Assembly (NCBI GenBank): GCA_043228905.1
Contig: JBHGNT010000015.1
Location: 7,006,001-7,070,000, forward strand
Direction: 5' to 3'
Origin: Azolla caroliniana
Taxonomy: Eukaryota > Plantae > Polypodiophyta
DNA length: 64,000 nucleotides
Each line of letters begins with the position of its first letter. Positions within the stretch are counted from its first letter, which is position 1. A program made the position numbers and the translations under genes. The notes beneath the pieces are model-generated. The model was given only the letters and a program-made list of their open reading frames with translations, searched no databases and had not been told where the DNA came from. Below, piece after piece: positions 46,530 through 60,181 of this stretch.

Positions 46530-49500
46530 GGTTCGAGTAAGTTGGGATGTTTTCGACGAATCGGCATCTTGGTATAAGCCCAAGTTGGCTCCATCCGGAC
46601 CGACTGAGGAAGAGTTGGACATCAACTCAGATGATGACATGTGGCCACGGCCTATACCATTGGGAAGTCCAAGCTCAACCATGATGAGCGGACCACAATA
46701 GCCTCCAAGCACCGAAAGCATACATTTACCAATGGCTAGCTTGGACAAAGGCAAAGGTGATATGCCCGAATACGAAGTCAATCATCTAGACGAAAGAGAT
46801 TCAGATGTGTCAGCTCGCTCTCTAGATAGTGAGTTCGGACTGCCCATTATGCAAACCCCTGGTGTAAAGAAGGCATTGAAGCCATGGACGAAGAAATGCA
46901 AGCACTAGTCGACAATGACACTTGGGATCTTCTAGCACCAACACCGCACAAGAAAGAGATCAGTTGTCGATGGATTGTCAAGATCAAACACAATGCCGAC
47001 GACTCCATCAACTGATACAAAGCCCAACTTATCGCTAAGGGGTATGCTCAAACCCATGGCATCAACTACAAAGAAACATTTGCCCCAATGGCAAAGATGA
47101 CCACGATTCAAACAGTCCTGGCACTCGCGGCAGCAAAAGGGTGGCACCTCCACCAAATGGATGTGAAAAATTTGTTCCTCCAAGGCGACCTGGAGGAGGA
47201 GGTGTACATGATACAACCACCCGACTACAAATCGAAATCACATTTGAATGTCGCATGCCGACTCAAGAAGCCCCTCTATGGCCTCAAGAAGGCTCCAAGG
47301 GTCTACCATTCAAAAATAACACAATCCCTACACCAAATCGGTTTTCGCATGTCTAAATTTGACAACTCATTGTTCATTCGAAACAATGCCAATGGTATGA
47401 TCTTCATCATTATATATGTCAATGACTTAGTGATCGGTGGTGAACATCTTGCCGACATCAACAAAGTCAAGATGCTCCTCTCTAGGAAGTTCAAGATGAA
47501 AGACATGAACAAACTTCATTACTTTCTGGGAATCAAGGTCATCCGAACCGACGACGACATAATGCTCTCCCAACGCCACTACATCCTCAATCTCTTGTTC
47601 AAGTTCAGTATGACTGACCCCAGGCCAATTTCGACTCCCCTAGATCACAACCTAAAGTTGCACACAGACTTCGGAACACCATGTGAGCCAACTCAATATC
47701 ATCAAATTATCGGGAGTCTGTGTGCAAATTATCGGGAGTCTCATCTATCTAACTATTATTCGACTCGATTTGAGCTATCCAGTCGGGCTCCTTAGCCAGT
47801 TTATGCAAACACCGTGCGACACAAATTTGCATTGTGCTAAGCGAGTTTTATGGTACATTAGTGGAACCATAGATTAGGGAATTTTCTACAAGGAATGAGC
47901 GACTATTCGGCCAGAATGATACACCAACACCGACTTGGCCGGTAATGTATCCAATCGATGTTCGACACCCGGTTTCGTCTTCTCACTAGGAAGCGGAGAG
48001 ATTTTGTGGAGCAACAAAAAGAAACCAATCGTTGCATTGTCATAGAAGCGGAATACAGGGGGGCGGCCTTAGCCACCTGCAAAGCAATTTGGTTGAAGCG
48101 CCACTAAAGGACTTCAATGAATCACTCGACAAGTCAATACGTATCTACTACGACAATCAAAGTAGCATACAACTAGCCCGAAATCCAGTCTTCCATGCCC
48201 GAACGAAACACATCGAGGTTCATTATCACTACATTCGGGAGTGCATCGTCGTGGGAGACATCGACCTCCAACATGTCGATATTGATCGACAGACGGCCGA
48301 TATCTTTACCAAGGCTTTAGGAGCCGACAAGATCCACCAATTTTCGACTGCACTCGGCCTTCGGCCGATTACCGCACTAAGCCATCATCAAATTCTTGAG
48401 GGGGAGGAACTGTCGAAAATCGAAAATCGAAAACCGAGAACTACCGACTTGACAGAAGTCGAAACTGCAAAGCCGGACAATGTCAAAAGCAAAATCGAAT
48501 GTAGGACGCCTCATACTTGAGCTGGAGGGGGCATGTTGAGATATCAAGCTCAACTAAGTCTAGTCGTTTAGGTCAACCATGTAACTTAGTAGTTACATAA
48601 ATAGAATCTATTTTGGATGTTCATAATAAAGGATTTGTTCCTAGTGGGAAATCTCTAGATTCCCCATTATTGAGTTCATTTAATGAAGGACATACACCCT
48701 TGTACTTATATTCTCCTCACACATCTACACCCTTACACCTGAGATGAATATATACCTCATTGTGGGTATTTTTGTAACTTGACAATGCCTTTTTAATATA
48801 AGAGTTCTTTGTGCTACACTCGTTAATCATCCCCCATTTACTATTGATAAGTGTAACTTCCTCTCTCTCTTCCTCTCACACACATATCACATATTCTTCC
48901 ACAACTTAATCACACATGTGATTAAATATTTACATAATTAGATACTAATTAACCCTTACTTAATCTTCTAATTATTAACATATATATATAGATAGATACA
49001 TATTGAGTTAGGATTTCATGTTATGTGTTACCTGCATGCGTAAGTGAAGCAAAGATTAGTGAGCGCATAGCTGAGACTATGAGAGAATAGAATAGAGAAC
49101 GAGCACGAGAGTAGAACTCTGAGTATCATGACCAAAGCCGAGTGAGAAGAACAGAGAGCGTGAGTGAGACATAGATAGGAGAGCGCGTGAGAGAGCTAAA
49201 ACGGTGTGGGTTGTGTGAGAGACACAGTGTTGTGGCTAAGCGTGAGAGGAAGCAAAAGAAAGAGGGTTAGTGCAGAGAAGTCCTGAGAGCTTCGAAAGAG
49301 GTAGATACAAACAAGTTAGGGCTTGGTGGACTCGGCTGAAACTGTGGTTTCAGACAACAACCAGGGAGTACATCCATACCTAAACAGGTTCTATCTTTTA
49401 TATGCTTTGGATTCCCTGTCTCATAGTGGAAATTGTTTTGCTCCGTGGTTTTTCCCTAGATTCTGGGGTTTTCACGTAAATCTGTGTATGCTCATTTGTG

Positions 49501-49550
49501 TTTGTGTCTTGAAATCAATCTTTTCTGGTTTATCTCCAACTGTAAACATA
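46530..49550 (+). mobile_element. Degenerate copia (integrase tail, RT, RNase H, interrupted 3' LTR from ~48535)
   Basis: VS.DVFDESASWY, HQMDVKN, LYGLKKAP, YVNDLVI, HARTKHIEVHYH; PPT GGAGGGGGC ~48524; LTR end uncertain. Confidence 0.8.
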
Positions 49551-50149
49551 TCAGTTTATATGCTATCGACCATCTCTAGTAGCTAGGAGAGATCATTTGC
49601 ACACGTGCCACTCCATAAGACACATCCCTCATGTCACATGAGCTCGAAAATAGCGTCGTTTTCATAATTTAGTTTACTTTCATGGTAAGTTTTTAGAGCG
49701 TCAAGCATTATGTGTTGGGTTCGAAACCTAATTTTCTCATCTCTCTACTACGTTGTAGATGCCACTGTGGAGTGTTGTGGTTGAACACATGACCTTCTGG
49801 TCTCCATTGGCCAACCTTACACGATCTACTTCGAAGACACAACATTGTTTGCTTCCAACATATCTTGGAGCACCAACTCAACACTTTTATCTCATCATTA
49901 GTGTCACTACAAAGCTTCAATTTAATCATTATAATGTCCTCAAGTAGTAACCTTTCACATGAAGTCTTAATTGGTCTGTAGTTTGGGAGCTAGATCTAAG
50001 TATTTGTATCCCTAACAAATCCTCCTTGTAAGTTAGAACTTGGTGGTGTGGATACTTAAAATTCATTGTAAGTTCGTTATGGTGGTGATTTTCTTCCCCA
50101 ATGATAGTTATCATTATCAAAAACAAAGAGTCCCCCCAAAGGGAGTACA

Positions 50150-51430
50150 TAAGGGACAAGGGTGAATAGGTGGATCCCTCACATGGGAGGCATTATTTGA
50201 ATTTTGGACCAATGTCATGTGAACCCACGAGTAAGGGTGGACGTTGCAAGTTGGTACCTCATGGACACCGCTTATAACTTGTACCTTCTTGTCGAGTGGA
50301 GGAGCCCTTTCAAAGGCACCCTGGACAATTTCAAGCAAATGGTGGAGGTGTACTTCCTCCCACGAAATGAGCCGATGAGACTGAAGGATGAATGGAGAGC
50401 TTAAACTCAAAGACTTATTTTTCCAAAGTATAGAAAATTAAAGTTGCAATTATCTAACGTGGTAGATTTTGATACGTTGCTTTGGTTTTTTGTATTAGTT
50501 TCTGCGTTCGGTTAGGAAGGAGGTAGAGAAGATGGAATGGCAAGCCTAGAGGAGGCGGTACAAGTAACGGCGCCTGAGTGATTTGGGAGGCTACCCAACA
50601 AAAGCAAGAATCTATGGAGAAAGGGGAAACCGCGAAATTGCTAGCAACCAAGGAATGAGGAGCCAAGCAAGGCGAGGGAATGAGTTCCTACCTTGGTGGG
50701 AAGCAACATGCAATGGACATCCCAAGTTGGATGGGGTTGCTTCAAGTGTGGAGGACCACTTTGGAGTGCCCTAACTAAGAAAGGGGTTCCCCTCAAGTGG
50801 CCAGAGCTCAAGTAGGACTTGATGAAGAAGAAGGAAAGGAGTTGGACACCAAAGTTCGAGTCAAGGCTTCTTTTGTGAAGGTGTTTGCTATAGCCCTAAC
50901 TAAGAAAGGGGTTCCCCTCAAGTGGCCAGAGCTCAAGTAGGACTTGATGAAGAAGAAGGAAAGGAGTTGGACACCAAAGTTCGAGTCAAGGCTTCTTTTG
51001 TGAAGGTGTTTGCTATATCAAGGTGGAAGGACCAAGTCCTAACAACAGAGGAAGAACCTTGAAACGCCTTAGAACAAGAACTCAAGATTGAGGTGGTTGA
51101 ACGAGAGGTGAAAGTGGAGGGACTCCCTTGAAGCACCACGGAGCTAAGGACCGAGACGGTTCAAGAAAGGTGTGCCCAACGAAGATGGGCGACAAAGCGT
51201 GAAGATAGAAGAAAGTCCACGGAGGGCTTAGAGCAAGAGATTGAGACAAAGGTGCACTCAACCAAGGTGGTTGAGGAAGAAGTGAAGAAGAATGAACCAC
51301 CTAGAAGGGATAAAGAACGGAGGGTCAATAGTGGCCCAAGAAACTGAAGACGGAGGGCCAAAACATCAGAGTGTTTGAGACAATTTTGTGAGCTAGAGAA
51401 GACTTGAGGTCGAGAGGACCCAGGTGAATG
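50150..51430 (+). mobile_element. Highly degenerate gypsy gag-like fragments with a ~122-bp tandem duplication (~50770-51015)
   Basis: ORF 50204..50404 (VASWYLMDTA...FKQMVEVYFLP) resembles retrotransposon Gag. Confidence 0.45.
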
Positions 51431-52130
51431 TGGTGTCCTCATTCTGTCCCAATTGGGACAGATTCCCAAAACCGAATGGGACAAACGGGCCAAGCCCCAA
51501 CCCCAAAAGGGGCGCCACCATGGTCTATCTCAATTAGGTCCCAACAAGTAGTTACTTTAGTCACTTGAGACTACGGAACAGCTACCCACCAAACAACTCT
51601 TCCCAACAACCACTTTTGGCCTAATATGAGGATCATTCCCTCATTTTGATCATTCCAGTTTTGGCCTAATATGGCTCTCTCCGTCTCGCTCAGTTTTGGA
51701 GTTCTAACTTGTCACAATTCGTCCCGACTTGTCCTGACTCATTTTTTGGTTTTGTTCCAATTTTGGGACTGTTGTAATATTGAGTTGTAGCATTTTTGTC
51801 CCAAGTTATTCTTTTTCAAAAAGGAAACATGGTTTCAATCTGCATCATCAGAGTCTTGACAAATGGACAATTTAACAATTATCAACTACCATCTTAAAAT
51901 AGTATTACAAGGATTAAGCACCACAAATTCTGTATCATCGAGCAAATAAAAAAGATCATCAAATTTTGTATCAACTTAGCGAACCTCAAAAGGCGACCAC
52001 TGAAACAGCATAGCTACTAAACATGCCAAGCATTTTCACACTCATTCAAAACATTAAGAAAAAATCCTGCTTGCTAAGCAACAATACGATAACACAAAAC
52101 AAGGCATGGTTTGAAGTTGCATCATCTAAG

Positions 52131-52320
52131 AGTCCCAATGACGTGTCAATTCAGACATTTCCACCTTTTCATGAACTTAGTGCTAATTTCAAAACGCTGT
52201 CATGAATGTGAAGCCACATCAACAAATGTGATCCCAATGACACGTGTCAATTCAGACATTTCCACCTTTCATGAACTCGGTGCTCTTTTCAAAATGCTGT
52301 CATGAATGTGAAGTCACATC
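52131..52320. repeat. 2 x ~100-bp tandem duplication downstream of SCAMP
   Basis: TCCCAATGAC...GTGTCAATTCAGACATTTCCACC...CATGAATGTGAAG occurs twice. Confidence 0.8.
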
Positions 52321-52751
52321 CTCTCTTGTCACTTAATTATGAAGCATTCTGACTTCTTAATGTAAACCATTCAACTCTTCAAAAATAATTACACCGACCA
52401 ATTGAAGCAAAAACACCACAATCACAAATGTGACTAGCTCGAGCACTAGGTAGACCATGCAACTTTGCAGAACAGACTATATTTATGTATTTAACCTAAA
52501 ATAACACATCCTGTTGCAGTAACGCTATTCAATCCTTCATAGTTTATTTCGTAACACCTCCAAAATAATTCAGAATTAAATGACTAGTTTCTGGTCAGAA
52601 GTAATCAAATTAGTAAAAGAGAAAAAACTACATACAAGCCTATTAACACAAGCCTTCCTCAAGCTTATAAAAATGGTGAACAACGAAGTGCCTCAAATAT
52701 TAACACAACATGACTGGAAACCACATTTCCATATGAAGGGAGACATGAATT

Positions 52752-55700
52752 CTACACTGAGTTCACATTCGCTCTCGTGGCATTTTGCTTCATCGCAGCA
52801 GCGTTTCCAGAACCCCGGAAGTACATATATACTTGCTGTAAACAGCCATTTAAAAGACCAATATTACTACATGCTAACAAATATTCATATTCAGGTAAAA
52901 ACTGCTAAAATAGATGAGACTTTATACCTTCAAGACCCACAAGCTAAGTAATGCCTCCAAGCAAAAGCATGCAAAGCCCACGAAGTAAAATATCTGGCAA
53001 TCGCAAAATGTTATCAGACTTGACAGTTCTATAGATTGTCATTTTCGCATTCTATTACTTACACCAACAAGAGTCGAGCTTGAGAACAAATCAACAGCTG
53101 CGAGGATTCCACTGGGATCCAAAAATAAAAAATCATAATTCATTGATTAGAGATGCTAATAACTATTGGCTGCAATGGCTGACTGTAAAATTGCATCAAC
53201 TTGACCTGGACTTACGCTAAAGACTTTCCCTTGAAGACAATGGGGGGTGCTACTGCTGCAAAGATTGTGAAGAGCAGGTGTAACTATGAAAAACAAAGCC
53301 AGTTGGACTGAAAATGATCTGTCATATTACTGACGCAAAACAAAGAAAGATAGCATAGAGAACTTACTAGATAAAACAAGAAAAACCACCCAAACCTCAA
53401 TGCGCTCTCGTTCCTGGGAATGGTGGAATTGTCTATCAAATCTATAGAACACTTGATTTTTATGCAGGAATGACAAAATCAAATTACAGCAATTCTTTTT
53501 CTACCTCATTGCTCGATAAAGAGGCTTATACCACAAGGTATATGAGCCAGGAATGCCTGCAAGTGCATAAATAACTGCAAGGAGCCACAGCTTTACTCCT
53601 ACAACATAGATAGCAGTCCTTAGAAGAATTTCAAGGATATTTCTACTCCAAGCCATATGTAGGCAATCCCTATGGATGTCTAGATATAGAGTCCTTGATA
53701 AAATGGTACTTGCACAGGTCTAAGATAGGAGTATATATTAAGTTCTAGTTGGTACAGAAAATCTTTTCCAACATAGAAATAAAGTTTTACTTTCAACAAA
53801 GAATAGAAATGCTGTTTACCATCATGGTGAACAACAATCCAAGTTGCTGTAACAGCTACAAGATTCCATATTAAACAGATCGAGATTCCTGCAAGGGGAA
53901 TGAGACATTGCTATATGATTGTGACGAAAAAATTAGCTGACTTAGTATAGCTGCCATCATATCAATCACTCTTTAACAACAAAAAGCTAGCTCTACGAAA
54001 AATAGCAAACCAATTTAGAGGCCTGTGTTACTGGAAAAACAAAAATAATAGGATCTTATATAACTCACATGACCAGTTCAATCTGAGAGAAAATACAACT
54101 GGCAAAACGTAAGGAGCAGTATCTATTCCATCAATATAGAGAGAGAAAAACGAATGGCAACAAGTTGTTAACGAAGAACCTGCCTAAATGAGTCCATATA
54201 TCAACTGTGAAGGACTCAACAAGCATTGGTTTTGTATCCCAGAAAGCCATAAATTAGCATAAAAACAAAGTAAGAACCATCATGAAAAAAGATACTCTCT
54301 GCAAATGTAGCATATAATCTGGGAAAAAGAAAATCATGTAAAAAATGGAAATGAGAAAGTTTTGAAGTTAAAATTTCATCAGATATTTTATAAACTGTAA
54401 CGTACTGGAAAGCATTTGCACCAGAAAACTTGGTAACTTTTGGTGTTTCTAATTTTGATCTCATAGGGATGGGCAATGAAAATAAATGCTCAAACGACGA
54501 CTAGACAATGGACCCCTTTAGAGTTATAAGTTAGTCGGTTAGAAATTAAGATAAATTTTTCAGAGGTAGTGACTTGCCAGTATGAGCAAGTCTTGACACA
54601 TTACAATTTGACACAAGTAAATCTCCATTCTATGTAGCACTCAAAATTCAGATTTCAGGCTCTGAAGAACTGCTATGGTCAGTGAACAGTGCTTTGGAGC
54701 TGGGGATGCTTAGTAGCTACCACATAGCCTTATCCAATAGATGTCTACAGGTTTCTGTTGCATAAAGCAATGCTTAGAGAACAATCCTTCCAATTGAATC
54801 TTCTCTATCTGAAAGGAGATAAATATACAAGGGAGAAATACAGTTGGAATTAGTACTATATGTGTTATGTTTCCATAATGTAAATGAGGGTTTCAACGTC
54901 AATTTCCTTGTTCAAGATAAACATACCCTCCTTCACATACCAATTAAGTTTAATTAGTCTAAAATCTTGCGGTTTTATCCTTTAGTGAAAGATATTTCTC
55001 AAAGCAAAGCTTTACCTAGATTGACGGCTTGATAGTTTAACCAATCTAAAATCGTAAGAAGGCTTCATTATTTCTCTGAAGGTTAGATTTTAACTAAATC
55101 GGCAGTCTGATTGGTGTCTTATTAGCAAGTGTGAAGTTCCAAAAACTGGTTTCAAAGGCAACAGCAGGTTTCTTTCAAACACAATTTTAGATGTATCCAT
55201 CACATTTAAAATTCATTTGTTCTGACAGGTTTTTACTAAATAAGATTCAAACTACGCTCATCAACGGAATCAATCGGTTCTGGCTCATGAGCTTTAGATT
55301 CCATGCATACAAATAGGCCAGGTATGTTCAGCAAAATGACACTTTGAAATCAATCCTTAACATTGGAAAAAGTTCAACTTTTTATTGAGGTGAGGGTTAT
55401 GCTTCACAGCTTTGTACGAAATTTTCATGAGGCCTTTACTCCACCAGCTTGAAGTGATCTTGGCTCTTGCAACTCATTATGGATGACCAAGTTAGAGATG
55501 TACATGAAGTTTGAACATCGACAATTGCTTTACTTAGAAGATTCCCATCTTAAAGTCCTTGGCTTAGATCATATCACAGAAGCCTATAATTGCTAATAAT
55601 ATATTGTCTAATCCACGTTGTAATCATTCTTGTAATGATGTATATATTACATTTTCCCATCCAAATCTAAAATAAATTGCAAGAAGTAATGACAATAAAT

Positions 55701-58700
55701 CAAGATCCAAAATGAAACTATATCTATATTGGATTGAACGTGTTGCATACCCGGAAATAAAGTCACTCAGTGAAAAACAAAGTGTATGCTTAAGTGTATC
55801 TCATTAATGCAATAGACAATTAGCTCAGAAGAAAATTGCTACATGTTTAAATCATTTATTTAGGCTCCCACCTTTGTAATGCCCTAGAAGATAATGAATA
55901 TTAAACATGTTATGTATACATAACCTATCTACAAGTACAAACATAGATGCTAGAAAATTGTTAATAAGAAGAGCACTTTTCCACTGGCAAATACTGAGTT
56001 GGTTTCATAAAATTAAGAGCTGAATAGAGGGCATTCTTGAAATAGTTTGTGTTCTTAGAATATGTTTTCTCTAGTATTCATGGGCAAGTTTGTAATAGAT
56101 GTCCTAGGAGCCACCTATGAATGTAGTAGATATCTAAGAGCACAAGTCGTTCAGTGTAAACGGAACTGAATAAATCAGAGTTCAGGAAAAAATATACCTA
56201 GCCAACTTGCAAATGCGGTGTACTGTATCCGTTGGGCATAAACAGGGATATCCCTTGAAATGTCATGGTGAATGATGGGAAAAAATGGCGGCCAATTTCT
56301 GTCCTCTATAAGCACTCCCGCTGCAGACAAGAAAATAATGTAGATTTTTGAAAACCACTCATGAAATACCATAAAAAATTGCTCTAGTCAAGAAGACCAA
56401 GCATTGCCTTGCCTTTAGCAGCAGCTTCCTCTCTTCTTTTTAGATCCTGAGAGAGGAGATATCGTTAATGACTTACTGAAAATATTCTGTCCATTCTCTT
56501 TGACATAGTAATAGAGCTTCAACTACATATGTATTTGATTTGTAGGCAGAAACATACCTGCTCTCTCCGTTTTAGCTCAGCTTCTTTAGCTTCTAGTTCT
56601 CTCTCTTTTCGGTCTAGATCCTTGAAAATGTGAATAAACCAAAGAGAAATACATGATCCACAAAGCATGGGGAAACACTAGTTGCGAAAAGGATATATAT
56701 ATATATATATGAACTATTTACCTTGCCGTTCCCAAGAGGTATATTAACTTTGGCATCATTTTCCACTTTGCTCGCATGCTGTGGCATTATGGAAGCATTT
56801 ACTTAGAAAACTACCTTTGCATAATTTTCACACTGCTATGAAACTCAGAAATTGATACCAACAAAGGAACATTTAGGTAACCCACCAAAATAGAATCTTT
56901 ATCTATGGTCCCAACATAGTAAACCCCACCACCCTCCCGCCCAAGAAAGAAAGAAGTATATGTTATCTTTCAAGAGGCCAAATTGGCGTATGAGACCAAA
57001 TGAGAGATTACATCTTAAAATGTTGTCTCATTTTTTAGAACAAGCTAAATGAAATACAGCTAAATTAGTAGAACTACCTAAGATACCATAGAAATCTCAT
57101 TAGTTAAGCACTTAACCTCCTAGACATACATAGATCGAAGGTTCTACCTTCAAAAGATCTCCAAAATGTGACAATCCAAAATGGAGAGTTTTCTGAAGCA
57201 AGAGAAGCACCTTTACTGTCGGGTAATAATGACATTTATCTGTTAATGACAAGGTGACACAGTTGTGGTCTAAATGAGATTGGCCTCGTGCACAAAAAAT
57301 TAGTATTTTCCATTCTATTGTAACCCCTTTCAAGTGTTATTGTCAAGGCCCTAATTGTGCTCATTTCTTCCTTGTCTAAGTAATGCATGATCACACGCCA
57401 CACACCCTTTTTTCAATATAAGTTGGTTCAACTCTGTGCCAAAAGACGGTAACAATCGTAGCTCTTATATATGTCTTCACTTTTGTGTGATGTGAACATC
57501 ATTTTCTATCTCTTTTATGGGGATATATTCATCAGTTGCCAACTTTCATGAAGGTCTCCTATGTGACCACAATTCTGACAATGCATATTTAACATTTATA
57601 GTTGATTGCAGAAAACCAAGAGATATTGATAGCATGAGCATGCCAAGACATCATAGATATAATTTACAAAAAGTGGATGTTTATTCACTTTTTGTAAGAC
57701 AAGACAGCAAGAGGGCTGGGAAAATGTTCTGCCCACAGGATCCTAGCATACCTATCACTGACATACCAGACATTTATTGATGTATATGAGCCTGTAACAC
57801 AGGAAATCCCAAGACCATGATTGCCTAGTATGAAATCATTTCATTTATACAAGTGAAATGTTGGCTCTTTTTTTAGTGTATACTTCATTGGAAAACTGCA
57901 TGAAAACACATTCAAAGTAGATAGATTCTGCACATATTGTACCCTTTTGCAAATAGGGGACCACCCCATGATGCATGATTAGTAGAAAAAGTCCAACTAG
58001 CCAAATTATATGGTGAATTCTAGAGTCTAAGTTTACTGAATGGGCAGAGCGACAGAAATAATATGCACCAACGAAAGCATGCATTCGAAAGGAACCCCAG
58101 ACCACAGATTATTGACCTCTTTGTTAAAGATGGAAGAGCATGGAGAGAGAATATATTGCTGGTTTGCAGGTTTCTGCTAAGCTTTTCATAACAACACATG
58201 CTCAACTCATGCACATGTTGCAATAAATTGGGGTACCAGCCGATACGCAATGGGGACTTCTGCACTTCACGAATTAGTGCCCAGAAACATCTTAGTGGGC
58301 AAGGAGTGATGCCCCTTGTCAAAATTGTGGGATATATATGTATAAAATTGGGAGCAACCTTTTACTCTTTATTGTTTCTCCAGCTTTCAAGTCTATATAC
58401 CTATGATGTTTTAGATATTCACCTTGTAATCTACTTATAGTTCCTAGATAACTGATCTTGAAGAATGATAAGTCAGCTTCCTTTCTTGTTGCCCACTGTA
58501 GCATTTTGATACAAGATAAATTATCCAAATTGGACCTAGCCTTTTCAGATTCATCCAGACAACTACCATTTGGACAGCGTTGCATTATCGCTTTTCAAGT
58601 TGCCATTCAAATGCTTTGTGCTACAACCAATGAGGTATTCATCTGATATCTCATGTGGATGTTAAAAACCATAACCCCTAGCATGGTCAAAGACAAGTAT

Positions 58701-60181
58701 CTAGGTTCATGAAAAAATATGGAATTCAGTTCCCGGTCAATTCTGCAAGGCTTGCACACCAGGTAGAACAACTTTGATACATCTTAATCCTCTAAAACAC
58801 ATTAATGATCAACATCAGCTTTCTGATTTCACTGTACATTCTGAATGGCAATTCCTGTGCTGCAATCAAAGAAATTTTATTATGTCTTGCTGAATACCAA
58901 TAGACTTGATCTGGTGCAGATATACCAATAGTAGCTCATTGTAGCTTTACCCCTCTAACATTAAATCCTACTATTTTTCCATGATTCCTTTATCTAAGTT
59001 CCTTGAGGGTATGGTTTTAACAGTTACAAGTAAATCTATATTCTCATTGTTCAGTAGCACAAAATTCAGTTTCCAGAATGCAAAAAAAAACTAAAAACCG
59101 CATTAAACAAACCCTTTTAGTATAGCAATAAACGAACTGTAAGAAGCATGAAGATAATCTAGGATGGTTAGATATTGAGAATTACTGGATTGAAGAAATT
59201 TCCAACAGCATACTGTGGCTGTCGTGAACCCTGTGCACGACCTGCACCTTCCTAGTTATCCAAAAAAAGTCATACACTAATGAAAACCACTTCAAAGAAG
59301 AAAATAACATTCATTCTTATTAAATACATGCTAGATCAAATGTTAAACTTGAAACAAGACATGCTGGTATAAATCCACTAAAGAGATATTCTGTTAGCAA
59401 AAAGGTTTAAAAGAAACAAAAGAATAATTTCTTCCTCCATACATGCACAAGTAAAAACACTATTTTGGCAAAATAGTTACACAGAAAGAAAATGATAATA
59501 CATACACAAGCTCAACTAAACAGAAGATCTGATACAATTTATGCTGCTATAAATACACTCAAGAAACGTTTTGTTAGACAATTCCCTCTGAAAGTTATAG
59601 AAAATACAAGGAATACAATATGATGTAACCTCTGCGTCGAATGGTCAACCTAAAGTTTTCTGAGTCCCTTTCACCATCACATGGTGCATTGTACTTAATG
59701 CTAAAACAAGCCATGATTCACAGGAAAACGTAGAATATGCTGAAATACGAGGGCATAACTCACAGAAATCTCTATTGGTGGTTGAAGAAAAGCTGTAATT
59801 CACAGAAAACTCTAGATTGTAATAAAAGACCGAGGCATAATTTATATCGAACTCTAGAACATGCTACAGGACATAGTGCATGCTAAAAGACTAGTTGAAT
59901 TTTCACAGATAACTCTGGATTTGTGGTTAACGGGAGGCTATTTTTCACGGAAAACTCTGGCATCATGCCAAAATGTCCGTCGAGATGTCATAGAAAACCC
60001 TGGGTTGCGCTGAAAGGAGAGACATGAATTCACACAAGGTCGATGAAGGCTATGATGAACCTAAATGGAAAGATATTCGAGTACGTAAAAATCGATAAAT
60101 AAAAAGAAGGAAGGATCAACTTACAGCGAACGGATTCACGTCTTCTTCGTCAAAGGGATTGGCTTCATAAGAAGAAGCCAT
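52752..60181 (-). CDS. SCAMP: Secretory carrier-associated membrane protein (SCAMP), 13 exons, 291 aa
   Basis: Exons 60181-60125, 59251-59186, 56778-56722, 56620-56558, 56446-56413, 56320-56198, 53888-53820, 53598-53505, 53413-53368, 53283-53216, 53111-53063, 52993-52928, 52835-52752 join in frame (876 nt). NPF motifs ([12 protein letters not shown]), [14 protein letters not shown]-peptide [30 protein letters not shown]. Confidence 0.93.

Noticed and set aside
51440-51810. MITE around TGTCCCAATTGGGACA
   Set aside because: Short palindromes are present but no clear paired TIRs or TSD could be defined
54216-58646. Short ORFs inside SCAMP introns
   Set aside because: AT-rich intron sequence with no recognisable domains; only 56198-56320 of ORF 56175..56372 is a real exon
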